A stretch of DNA of 52,036 bases, counting the filler, from Jimgerdemannia flammicorona (Eukaryota), in the NCBI GenBank assembly GCA_003990765.1. It is 2 parts of 2 records of this genome, joined end to end, with 100 filler letters (N's around TTAATTAATTAA, not from the genome) between each part and the next. Parts side by side here need not be neighbours in the genome. Positions count along the whole stretch, not along the records: positions 1 to 25,972 come from RBNJ01000772.1; positions 26,073 to 52,036 come from RBNJ01000773.1. One strand, 5' to 3'. The position numbers and the translations under genes are program-made. The notes under the pieces were generated by a model, which worked only from the letters and a program-made list of their open reading frames with translations, had not been told where the DNA came from and ran no database searches. How positions within the stretch are numbered: the stretch's first letter is position 1; each line of letters begins with the position of its first letter. This document shows positions 24,301-35,600 of this stretch, one piece after another.

Positions 24301-25972
24301 TGCAAATTTTGCACACCCCCTCTGCCTGTCCTGCCCATTCCAAATACTTGTGGCTTGGGGCTGCCCCTTACTACTGGTGGAGGACTACAAATTTTGTATA
24401 CTCTCTCCACTGACCTCATACCCACCAACCCCACCAACTGATCTCACCCACTGACCCAGGCACTGACAGATTGGGGCTGCTCCTTGCTGCTGATAGAGGG
24501 CTACAAATTTTGCACACTCTCTCTGCCTACTCCTCCCCTCTGCCAACTCCCATCTCAGATACTTATGGCTTAGGGCTGCTCCTTGTTGTCAGCAGAGGGC
24601 CACAAATTTTGTACACTCCCTCTGGTGACTCCATACCCACCAACCTGCACACTGACCTGGGCACTGATAGCTTGGGGCTGCTCCTTACTACTGGTAGAGG
24701 GCTGTAAATTTTGCATACTCCCTCTGCTACCACCAACCCTGCCAACCACTGTCCCACTTGAGCTACAAACTCTGGGCCAAGTTCTCAGGTTTTTTTATTT
24801 TTTATTTTTGAAAGATATTAAATATTCTATAAGATCAACCAACTTATCTACAAATCCCCCAGGATATGCCAAATTTTAGTAGCCTGAGTCCCACCAAGAC
24901 TTCAGACACATATATGCTCAGATTATCTCAGTATTCAGTACACACCTCTTTGGGGCAATGAGGTCCACCCTATCTGAGAATACTCACTTGATGGGAGTGC
25001 TAAAGGCAGGAATCACCAGGTAGTCCTGAGCTATACCATTCAGGCTGGAGAAGTCCATTTGATACAGCTGCATGCTCTGGTAGGTAGAGCAGTAGTTAGA
25101 TTAGTGGGTTAAATTAGCCCAATGCCTGTCTGATAATCTACCTTCTACTAGTTGAGTACCTCCATGCCCTCCAGTAGGATCACATGGTCACTGGTGAGAT
25201 AAATGGTAAGTTCATCTATTGATAGCAGCTCTTCTACTAACAGCTCTCTCTTATTCTTTCTGCTGAAGTAAATGTAGAACAGGAGGGATCTCTTGGCATA
25301 TTTATCTAGACTTTAGCCAGAACTTTGTAGTGACACATTGTTTTTCTAGTATACTTCAATTATGGCCTGCTTGGTTCTCTCAATAAAGTGCTACTCCCAG
25401 CCCTGATCTTTATGATATTATAGCTTTAAGTGTGGATCCAGCACTGTTCAGAGAAAAGAGAGTGAGTTTTTGTAGGAGTTTCTCTGTTTTGGAAGGGGCA
25501 ATGACCACATACTGACATATCTATACTAATTGAGTATATAGTGGTATCTGTTTTAGAGTAGTATTTTCTGAGTTTGCTTAGAGCAACCTCTATAGTGTCT
25601 CTCTGATCTGGGCTTAACTGTAAATTACTAAAACCCTCTAGCCTGTCCTCAAGCTTGTCCTCTAGCCCATCAATCAGAAAGTTGTATACTGGTATTACAG
25701 AGCTTATTGTCAAGGTCATTTGTTTGACTATATCTTTTGTATAATTGTCAAAATACTAGCAGTTATATATGGTGAGATATTGTATTATACAGAGGTAGAT
25801 AAAATGAGTGTAGAGCCAAAGCAATCACCACTTACTTCTAAAACTCTGACAATATTCCTAAGTACGTCCTACTCACTTTCACCTAGAGCCTCATTCTATA
25901 TTTTCTTATTAGCAGCCACTATTGAATCTATTGGCTTTTTTTTTTTGTTATTTTTTTTTTTTTTTTTTTTTT
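21372..25972 (-). mobile_element. hAT-family DNA transposon remnant (3' end, subterminal repeats, possible cargo, transposase C-terminus), running into the contig end
   Basis: Minus strand ~24890-25085 reads IAQDYLVIPAFSTPIK*VFSD...AYMCLKSWW (hAT dimerisation domain). 25426-25719 reads SSVIPVYNFLID...ALSKLRKYYSKTD. Putative TIR TAGTGCTCC at 21372, followed by GATC/GGATT-rich subterminal repeats to ~21555. The other terminus is not visible, so linking this end to the transposase is inference. Confidence 0.75.
24061..24760. repeat. Tandem repeats: 5 x 20 bp (ACCAGAAGTACCCTCTGACT) then ~6 x 90-115 bp (GCTTGGGGCTGC...AGAGGGCTGCAAATTTTGCACACTCCCTCT)
   Basis: 20-bp units at 24061-24160; longer units start near 24184, 24274, 24356, 24471, 24569 and 24672. 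Confidence 0.85.
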
Positions 25973-26072
25973 NNNNNNNNNNNNNNNNNNNNNNNNNNNN
26001 NNNNNNNNNNNNNNNNTTAATTAATTAANNNNNNNNNNNNNNNNNNNNNNNNNNNNNNNNNNNNNNNNNNNN
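25973..26072. other. Artificial contig linker / gap (N44-TTAATTAATTAA-N44)
   Basis: Six-frame stop cassette between N runs, flanked by poly-T and poly-A contig ends. Confidence 0.95.
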
Positions 26073-26133
<61 letters not shown>

Positions 26134-26149
26134 TTGCTACTAAATTGGT

Positions 26150-27788
26150 ACCCAAATGGAAAGAACTATATCTTATATACAATATTAGAGAAATAAGTAT
26201 CTATATAAGAAGTATAAATAGATAACCTCTGAAGACACCAGTATATATCAATTACCTCAAGATATATCTCTCTTTACACCATAAACCCCAGTGTCTTCAG
26301 ACTCTCATCCTCAGCTCCTTTCAAGCTCTGCCTGTTCCCCTGTCTTAGTTCTGCTCACTTGAAGGAACCCCAATATAATTGATCCAAAAGCACTATGAAA
26401 CCTTTCCATTGTCCAAAGATTGGTACAGATCCACCACTGCAGACCTTCTATAATATTGGACAACTATTATAAGAATAACTATATATAGGAGGATTAGCTG
26501 GTGTAGCCTGCTGAGAAGTCTGAACCACCAAAAGGCTCTATATCTTGTACAAACAAAATGTAAGAGCCCTGTTATAAGCCCACTTTTACCTTACTGACAT
26601 TTACCAAATGAATGAGATGACCTTCCAGAGCACTCTCCAACAAATAGACATTCTATTTTCTGAAGAACCAGAGGAGGATCCAGAATTAGAATGGAGTGAC
26701 CCTGGCTCTAATGAAGATGATGGCACTGGTATTGATGCAGAAGATGCCTATGCTTACTGGAATGATGACTAAAGAATACTGAGGACAGACCATCCTTTAG
26801 TGGGGGCTGATGTGATATGCAAAATAGCATAGTATAACCAGATGATATATATGCCATAGTTACCATATGGGTGTAGAAATTGTATAAATAACCAGATAGC
26901 TAGAAAAAGAAATGAACAGCCAATGTCTGCTGGACAGTGGATGTCCACTGTACAGTAGATGTCTGCTGAACAGTCAATTTCTGCAAATCTATAGTTAGCC
27001 ACATAGCAACCAGATAGCAAACAACCTGTATAAAATACCCCAGAGACAAGAGTGAATAAACCTCAGTCCGAAAAGTCAAAGAAAAGCAGAAAGCTTCCTT
27101 TTCCCCACTCCGGTCCACTTTCCGATACAAAGCCTGAGAAATCTGCCAAGTTCGAGTGAAGAACTTCGCCATTTGAGAAACCCGCTGCTTAAAGAAGAGC
27201 CGCCATTTGAAGTAATCCGCCGCTTAAAGGAAAAACCGCCATTTTCAAGAGAAGTCCGCCATCTTGCCACAAAGTCAGTCTATTTGACGCAACTTCGCGG
27301 TGAAGCCAGTCTATTTGATGCAACTTCGCAGTGAAGCCAGTCTATTCGACGTAACTTCGCGCAAACGAAGCCAGTCTCTGACGTAACTTTGCCCAAGACG
27401 TCCACCATTCAAGAAGTCCGCCGATTCAGGAAGAATCCGCCATCCGAGTTACCCGAGTTATCCGCATCAACCGAGTTATTCAAGCAGCTCGCCGCCTATT
27501 AAGGAATACCGCCAATTCGCCGTGCTACGCCAGATCGCCAAGATCGTCACGCAGAAATCGCATACTTTTGGAGATCGTCACGCTACACAGAGATCGACCG
27601 CCACTCAAGAAGGAAATCGCATCGCCGCGCATAAGGAAGCCGTCGCGCTACACAGAGATCGTCACGCAGAAATCGCATAAGGAAACCTGCTCGCGCTACA
27701 CACAAATCGCCGCTACACCCAAGAACTGTCCCAATAAGGAAATCGGCCGCTGTATCCAGATTTGACTATTATACGCTAAACACCAACA
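26150..27788 (+). mobile_element. 3' end of a Gypsy-like element: decayed terminal ORF, PPT and probable 3' LTR (26811 to ~27788)
   Basis: Relic ORF ends ...EEPEEDPELEWSDPGSNEDDGTGIDAEDAYAYWNDD* (stop 26770-26772). Then GAGGAC...AGTGGGGGCTGA|TGTGAT (PPT plus TG start at 26811), TATA-like and AATAAA at ~27029-27060, internal 31-bp repeats, candidate ...CCAACA end at 27788. Right boundary uncertain. Confidence 0.6.
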
Positions 27789-28379
27789 TCAGGAATTATA
27801 GGACATTTTGTTGCTTTTTGATAAAGTAACTGGGGCCTCAAACCAAACTACATAGCACCCCCAACCTTGTAATTTGCCTCCATTGAGCCGGCACGTTACA
27901 ATATATACGTATCGGAATCGTGGCACAGCGTTGGTATGTCCATTTTGGCGGCACATAAAATAAACTTGAAAAAAATTCAAAGCGGAAATGTTGAGATGGC
28001 TACAGCACTAGGCACGCAACGATGACATGCCGTCGGCTTCGAAGAGCCTTGTCGTTCTCTATTATATCAACAAAATGGTTATGAGGAGTAACGGCATAAT
28101 CCGTCCGATAATTAATTATGAACATGTTGCTGAGTCTAAAAATGGGTTTCCGGTAACTACGTCAAACACACGAAAATACCCATTCGGTAAAATCGCTCGT
28201 TCCCTCCTTCCTATTATGTGTCCACAATAAAACGTTGAACAATTGGTAGGTCCATCTGTTCCCAGTATCGGAATTAATATATTTTTAAGGTCGAGTCACT
28301 CCGACGAGATTACTGTGCTTGACGGAAAGCAAAATAAGAAACGGACTTATCACTTATCCAACAACTTCTATCCAGAAAA

Positions 28380-28955
28380 ATGATACTCTACAAATTGATG
28401 ATTCTAGGAGACGAAGAATCCAAAAAGAGGGAATTGACAGCCGCAATGTTTAGGAATCGTACAGATGAGTGGTACGACCCCACCAAGGAAGATTACATGC
28501 GCAGCCAGGTCATAATCGATGACCAACCATGCATGCTAGAATTCTTAGACACTTCCGGCCAAGAAGAGTACACGGCATTGCGCGACCAATGGATCCGGGA
28601 CGCCGAAGGCTTTCTCCTCGTCTACTCGATTACCTCACGCAGCGCGTTCGAGCGCGTTGAGCGGCTCCACGACCAAATCATCCGCGTCAAGGATGTGGAT
28701 TCGGTCCCGCTGATACTTGTCGGTCACAATTGTTGCGCGGTGACGGAGCGCGAGGTTTCGCGGGAGGAAGGGTACAGCTTGGCGCGCCGGCTCGGGTGCG
28801 ACTTTATTGAGGCCTCGGGCAAGCACGGCGTCAACGTCGAGAAGTCGTTCTACTCGGTCGTCCGGATTATCAGGGCCAATCAAGAGCGCGTGGATGCCGG
28901 CCTCCGTGAAGGCAGGCAGAATAAGAAGAAAGAGAGCAGGTGTTACGTTCAATAA
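28380..28955 (+). CDS. Divergent intronless Ras-family small GTPase (Ras2-like), 191 aa, degenerate P-loop and G4
   Basis: YKLMILG start, YDPTKED effector loop, LDTSGQEEYTALRDQWIRDAEGFLLVYSITSRS, EASGK, polybasic KKK and CAAX CYVQ. Confidence 0.9.
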   Translation: MILYKLMILGDEESKKRELTAAMFRNRTDEWYDPTKEDYMRSQVIIDDQPCMLEFLDTSGQEEYTALRDQWIRDAEGFLLVYSITSRSAFERVERLHDQIIRVKDVDSVPLILVGHNCCAVTEREVSREEGYSLARRLGCDFIEASGKHGVNVEKSFYSVVRIIRANQERVDAGLREGRQNKKKESRCYVQ

Positions 28956-29479
28956 TATCTGGTGGCACGGATGATTCGGGCGCAGATTGAAGTCTCGACC
29001 ATCATGGGACCACCGCAAAGCATTATATACATACCAAACACCACGTAAATTAAACTTAGTGTGTGAACTGTATGTAATTTTTATCGCATCATTTTCATGG
29101 ATTACGCACTTAGGATCAATTGTCGTAGAGTTGAGCGTACCAACACTATCCAACTTCTAGGCAATTATTATTGTTTAATTCTGAAATTGGTTATCGGCAT
29201 AGCCTCCTCACAGGTCAATCGTCCGATGGTACCGTAGATACTTTTGATTTCCTATTACTTTTCAAACCCGGGAAGTGGTGTTCATATTGCAGTTTGTAGA
29301 AAGGCTCTTGACCTACGATATCGTTTTTTACCGTACGAAAAAACTTGGCAAGCCTCTACAAGAGAAAACATCCGAAAATATTTACTATGCATTCTGGAAT
29401 ACCTCATTCAGAATCATTTTCACCGGCACACCCCGTAATAATAAAGAGGGCTCAACAATGCATTTTCGTTGAATAGAAT

Positions 29480-30030
29480 CAGACCGGCTCCGTATCCTTC
29501 ATCTTGGCGTCGGGGTCCGCCTTACTATTTCTATGAGTCCTCCCTACGCAGCGAAGTGGAGCACTGTCCGACCTTCATTTCCCTTACCTTTGGAGTCTAC
29601 ATTGAACTCATGACGTAGCCGTATTCTGCGGCAAGGAACAACGGCATCGATCCGCCATCTATCCTGGCATTGGCGTCCGCCCCGAACTCCGCCACGAGCA
29701 ACCACACGACTTCGACATATCCGTTCCGAGCAGCGATGTGAAGCGGAATCACTCCATCTTTTGCGTTAGCAGTGGCATCCGCCCCTAACTTTGTGTCGAG
29801 TAATCTCACGACCTTAACGTACCCATTCTGTGCAGCGAAGTGAAGCGGCGTCCATCCTTCCTATTTCTTGACTTGTCGTCCGTGATGTTGTGATGTTGGC
29901 CAAGAGCCACCTCACATTATCGACGTTCCCGTTCTGCGCAGCGAAGTGAAGCGGCGTCGATCCTTCGGTGGCGTTGGCATTGACGTCCACCCCGAACTCG
30001 GCCACGACCAACCTTATAACTTGGACGTAC
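29480..30030 (-). pseudogene. Ankyrin-repeat gene fragment
   Basis: GSTPLHFAAQNG, GVIPLHIAARNG and SMPLFLAAEYG repeats in different frames, with frameshifts and no clear start. Confidence 0.85.
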
Positions 30031-31370
30031 GGCCTCTCACGTGACACATCCCGTCGAGAGATCAAAGATGGATTCGAGGTGTGAATGGTTCGGATGCGGA
30101 GGTTGGAGTATGATATTATCTATATTCATATTTTACTATTTGAGAATTGAAAATTCACCTTGAACTGACTTACTGGGAATACAAGGAGCAATAGAAATCC
30201 AGCTAACTGTCCTGCCCAGTGTGGTTGTAATGTTGCTTGGGAAGATTTTCTTATTTTTTTATTTTTTTGAGAGCATGAGAGATTCCGTTATTCAATGTCT
30301 GGATGTGCGCATCGAGCAGCAACCGTCTCCGTACAATAAGGTATGCCAGAGGCGAATAAAAAAGGGTTTTTAATAGGCATTGCACTTGAGTTATATGATG
30401 TGCAGGGATCTGCTATGATTTAAGTACACAATTTACCTCCCAAATTGTGCGTTCAAGGACACGTTTCAACAACGCCCTTCCTCGCCTAACAATAGTGTAG
30501 ATTTTGCATAACAAAATCTGGCATATTTGACAAGTTTCCTTCTCATTCTTTCGACGCTCATCCCCAACTCATCTTTATGTTTCACAACCTGTGCCCCCTT
30601 TGCACACTGGCAACCAAACAAATCTTTTATGATAAATCAGTGTGTTGTAGAATACTTGGGGAAAGAGTGGAGAGAAGAAGTAGCAATTGATTATAGTTAG
30701 CTTACGCACTTTTACGCATATTGATGACGTTTACAGGATGACGGACTCAGGCTGCGCCACCACATATCGAGTTGCTATAACTAAGATATTTTAATATAGT
30801 TCGATGGTTTCTTCGGCATGGCGAACAGACGCACAATAATGTAGCAGGTACGGAAATTTTAAACGCACTTATGTAAGTACTTATCGCACGCCTCCGAATA
30901 GTGTGGAGGATGAATGAATGCGTTTGTTCGGAGGTCCGATTTTAATTGATATGTAATGCCGGTCGTTTATGCTATGATTCTGGTTTCAGTTCTTCACAGT
31001 TGACGTTTAGTTTTCAACGCCCAACATTCTCCAAAATTATAATGGCACAAGCTAAAAATAGTTACCTCGTTCACCAGCATTTCTTCCATTTCTGCGTCTT
31101 ATTTAAGTCTGTCATGGCATGGGTGTTTGCATATTTATGTTAACAGTGTTTCTTTTTTTCAATATTCTCCCCCATTGTAGCACCATATGTGATCCCACAT
31201 GGAGGCAAAAGATATTGTTATTGATATTTATTATCTACAATTTGCTTTAATCTGAATAATGGATTAATACCGAGAGGGGGGGGGGGTGATGATATGACCA
31301 CACCTGTCGATTGAGTATTAACGGCATTGTCAAGCACCTTTGGCGGAAAACACCCTCTCTGCCAATTCCA

Positions 31371-32677
31371 TTACGTCTCCGCACGTCCCACACTTACAAC
31401 GGAAACTGTCTTGTCAGCCCCGACCACAAGACGACTGGTCGCCTTCCAATCAAATGGATGGCTAACATTATCATTCTGTATATCTTCCAAAACCTCTACT
31501 GTGGCCTTGGTCAATTCAAGAAGACGAAAACCATGGTCGCCATGAATACGAGCTACCTTCCTATAACATGAACTGCAAAAATCAAAGTCGCGACAGATCG
31601 TGCACTCGTATCGTTCTCCAGTGATTGGGCACATCGTACACCCATCGCATTCAAATCCAAAGTGGATTGGTCGTTCAATAGCCAGTTGCAATGGCGTGTA
31701 TCCTACGTTGTCCTTGGCATTTGCGTCTGCACCAAATTCGTGCATGAGTAATTCTACCAACTCCGGGCCTCCATGCTGCGTTGCAAAGTGGAGAAGTGTC
31801 CGACCACCGTTCGTCTTGGTTTTGGCGTCTGCCTTAAATTCACTTGTCAGTATCTTTACAATCTCTATGCGCCCACCTTGCGCGGCGAAATGGAGTAGTG
31901 TCCGACCATCTTTCGCTTTTACGTTAAAGTCCATATTGAATTCATTTATCATCAACCGCAAAACCTCGAGGTGCCCGTATTCTGCGGCAATGGACAACGG
32001 CGTCGATCCCGCGCTGTTCTTGGCTTTGGCGTCCGCCTTGGGATCGGACAAGAACAACCTCACAATATCGACGTGTCCTTTGCACGAGGCTAGGTGAAGT
32101 GGGGTCCAACCATCGTGAGTTTTGGCGTTGATGTCCGCCCTGGAATCGGCCAAAAGCATCCTCGAAATTTCGATATGCCCGTTCCCCGCAGCGTTATGAA
32201 GCGGCGTGCATCCATCGTAAAGTGGGAACCTTTCATTTTTCGTCTTGGCGTTGGCGTCCGCCTTGGAATCTGCCAAGAGCAACCTTACAATATCGGCGTG
32301 TCATCTTGGTGAAGCGGCGTCCAACCATCCTTGTTCTTAACATTGGCGTCCGCCTTGGGGCCGGCCAAAAGCATCATCAAAACTTCGATGTGCCCGTTCC
32401 ACGCAGCCCAGTGAAGGGGCGTCCATCCATCGGTGGTCTTGGCGCTGAAATCAACCTTAAAGTCGGCCAAGAGTAACTTCAAAATATCGACTTGACCTAT
32501 CTTCGCAGCGAAGTGTAGCAGCATCAATCCATCATTGTTCCTGGCGTTGGCGTCCACCTTCGAGTCAGCTAGGAGCAACCTGACAATTTTGACACACCCA
32601 TTCTGGACGGCGAAGTGAAGTGGTGTCCAATCATATTCTGTTCTTGAGTTGGCGTCCGCTTTGAGGTCGGCCAGGAG
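31371..32677 (-). pseudogene. 3' part of NLR-like gene: ~10 ankyrin repeats plus C-terminal ZZ-type zinc finger
   Basis: TPLH repeats; frameshift near 32310; HFGFECDGCTMCPITGERYECTICRDFDFCSSCY...H..H (~31525-31665). Joins in frame with 42843 once the Copia element and one TSD copy are removed (VRLLL|ADLKADAN). Confidence 0.9.
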
Positions 32678-35600
32678 TGTTGTGAAAGAGGGCAGTTGCG
32701 TAGGTCGCGTATTTCTTTGCGTTACTGATGAATGACGTAAATCTGATGGAAATGGCGTAAGGTCACGTGCTGGTATATCGAGTTGCCATCCCAACACTCC
32801 CGCTCAACGAGATATGTAACCCAAAAAAAAAAAAAATACAAACTAGAATAGAAGCAAACTAGAGTAAACTAAACATGACCAATGGGGTGCTATTTAGATA
32901 ACCGCAGAAGGTCAAAATTCCCTGCTTATTAGTATGAAAATAGGTAAAGAATGTAGTAAAAGACCAGTAATGTAGGTCTGGACTAATATAGAAATTTTCG
33001 CGGGTTGAAAAGTGTTCTGAAATATACGAAATATCCAAAAATACCCACAGAAATGCGCTGTAACCCACTCGTAGATGAGGGATGTAATTGACATAGAAGT
33101 TAGATATATAGACAGTATGAGAGGCTTTTGATAGTCTGAAAATTATCCCATAGTTAATCAAATACTGGTGTATAGCTCATAAGACCCATTCCTTTAGCAC
33201 ATTGCTTGAACTTTGGCTTTGGAAGGGATTTGGTCAATGAGTCTGCAATTATATACTCTGTGGAGATATATTCCAGGTATATAGTACCATTTTCTATATA
33301 TTTATATATAAAATAATACTGTATATTGATATGTTCCATTTTACTATGATGTACTGGATTCTTGGTGAGTGCAATTGTAGACTGGTTATCTTGGCATAGT
33401 GTAGTACTTTCTTGCATAAAGCCAAGCTTCTTTAATAGTTCATAGAGCTATATGGCTTTCTTTGTTACCAATAATAAGCCTAATATTCAACTTGTGTAGA
33501 TGACATTGCAATGAAGGATTGCTTATATATTTGATATAAGATTACAGACTATTTGTTATTTTTGTCAATATGGAAGAGATATCTGATTATAGACCAGTGA
33601 TTATCCAAGTCTCCAGCCTAATTGACATCACATACACTAGATGGCTGGATGCTGTTACTCTTGTCATTATTCTCACTTAATTCAATATTACTACTCAACA
33701 TGAGTATATAGTATGCTGATCCCTTTAAATATTGAAAAATCCTCTTAATAGTACTCTAATGTGAATTATCATAGTAGGAGAAATACTGTACCACCATATT
33801 TATAATATATAATATGTTAGGTCTAATTCCTAGCATGAGATATATAAGAGAGCTGACTGCTTGCCAATAGGGAATATTTTTGATGCTCTTCTTATTGTCA
33901 TCATTCTTGGATATAGTGTTTGGCTTCCTTAACTTTATAGAAGTATCTATAGGAGTACTGACTGGCTTATATTCTCTTATACAGAAGTGTTCAAGAATGG
34001 CTTTGGTATATATTTCTTGTGAGAGATATATTGTGTATATATTTCTATCACATATAATTGATATCTCCAAAAGGAAGAATGTATTGCCTATATCAGTTAT
34101 CTTGAAATCTCAGTATAGAACTTCTTTGACTCTATTAAGCCTATTCTTACTAGCAATAATGATTATATCATTGATCTATATACTAATGAATACTATGCCA
34201 TTGTTATAATACTGAAGATATATGCAATTATCTACTTCACAACATATTAATCTATTGCCAAAGAGATGTTTATTAATCCTTTTATTCTATAACCATGCCA
34301 CTTATGATGCCATATAGTCCTTTATATAATTTATATATAAGCTCGCCATTTGAGCTATTATATAGTTCATATTCTTATAGTTGATAGATATATAATTTGG
34401 TATCTATATCACTATTTAGGAATACTATCTTTACATTCATTTAATAGATTTCAAGGTCATATACTATGCTGATCACAAGGAGTATTCTAAGTAAAGTAAG
34501 CTTGAATACTGGCAAAAATGTCTTATCATAGTCTATACTATAATCTTGTAAATAATCCTTGGCAATGAAACAAGCTTTATATCACTTTATACTTCTATTT
34601 CTCTTATACTAGATTCTATAAACCCACTTGGATCTGATTGCTTGATGATTTGGCAGAAGGAGTACTAGATCCCAGATACTATTCTTAATGAGTGAATCAT
34701 ATTTCTCATTTATTATGCATTCCTATTTCTTGTTGTTGGGGTATTACATAGTCTCATCATATGTACTTGGCTTACTAGAAGATATTACAATATATGTACA
34801 TTTATATACTTCAGTATAGCTCACATGGTCTTGACTTTGCTGCCATCTAGAGCTTACTGATATGTTCTAATAACTTCCTAATTCTGAATACATCTCATTC
34901 CTGGGTTTTTGCTCTGACTTTTGCTTGCCCTTACCCTTGATGGAAGATTTCTCATCATTAGAGAATTTGCTATCATTATCTTTAATCTCAATGATTCTTG
35001 GCTCAGGCAACTCTGGCTCAGACATATATAGTGATTGGAAATAGTTTTGATTAATCACTAGAATCATTAGAGATATTAGCAGTACCAGTTGTTATACTGA
35101 CTGGAATATAGAGATTTTCACTGGGACTTCTATATGAATCTCCTTATTTTTTAAACTATATATTATATGAAATCACCATATATTTCATATGCAAATTCCT
35201 AAGTCTATATAATTTCCTACTATATCTAAAGAGTATATGTTTGACTGTATTTGACTCAAATTTATGCCAATTGATGTTACTTTTATTGAGAATGTATATA
35301 TTGTATCCAAATATATATAGATAGAATACATCTGGCTTTGTTTCACTTTATAATTCTTCAGGAGTAAGATCAGTATTTCTAGAATACATATTGCCAGAAT
35401 CCTTGCTTAGTAATTAAGAAATATACTGATTGTAGATATATACTACTATATTGATAGCTTCAGCTCAATAGGAATATCCTAATCTAGTAATATTGATCAT
35501 CATCTATACTATTTTGATAGCTATATAGTTAAATCACTTGGCAACACCATTTTGCTGAGATATATAAGGAGTTATCATCTGATGGTATATGTTATATTTC

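Noticed and set aside
24061..24760. CRISPR-like array (also considered for 27277-27390)
   Set aside because: Units are degenerate tandem copies without unique spacers, there are no cas genes, and the context is eukaryotic.
25973..26072. Palindromic TTAATTAATTAA and apparent continuity between Gypsy element 2 and the LTR at 26811
   Set aside because: Artificial linker between contigs, so adjacency across it cannot be assumed.
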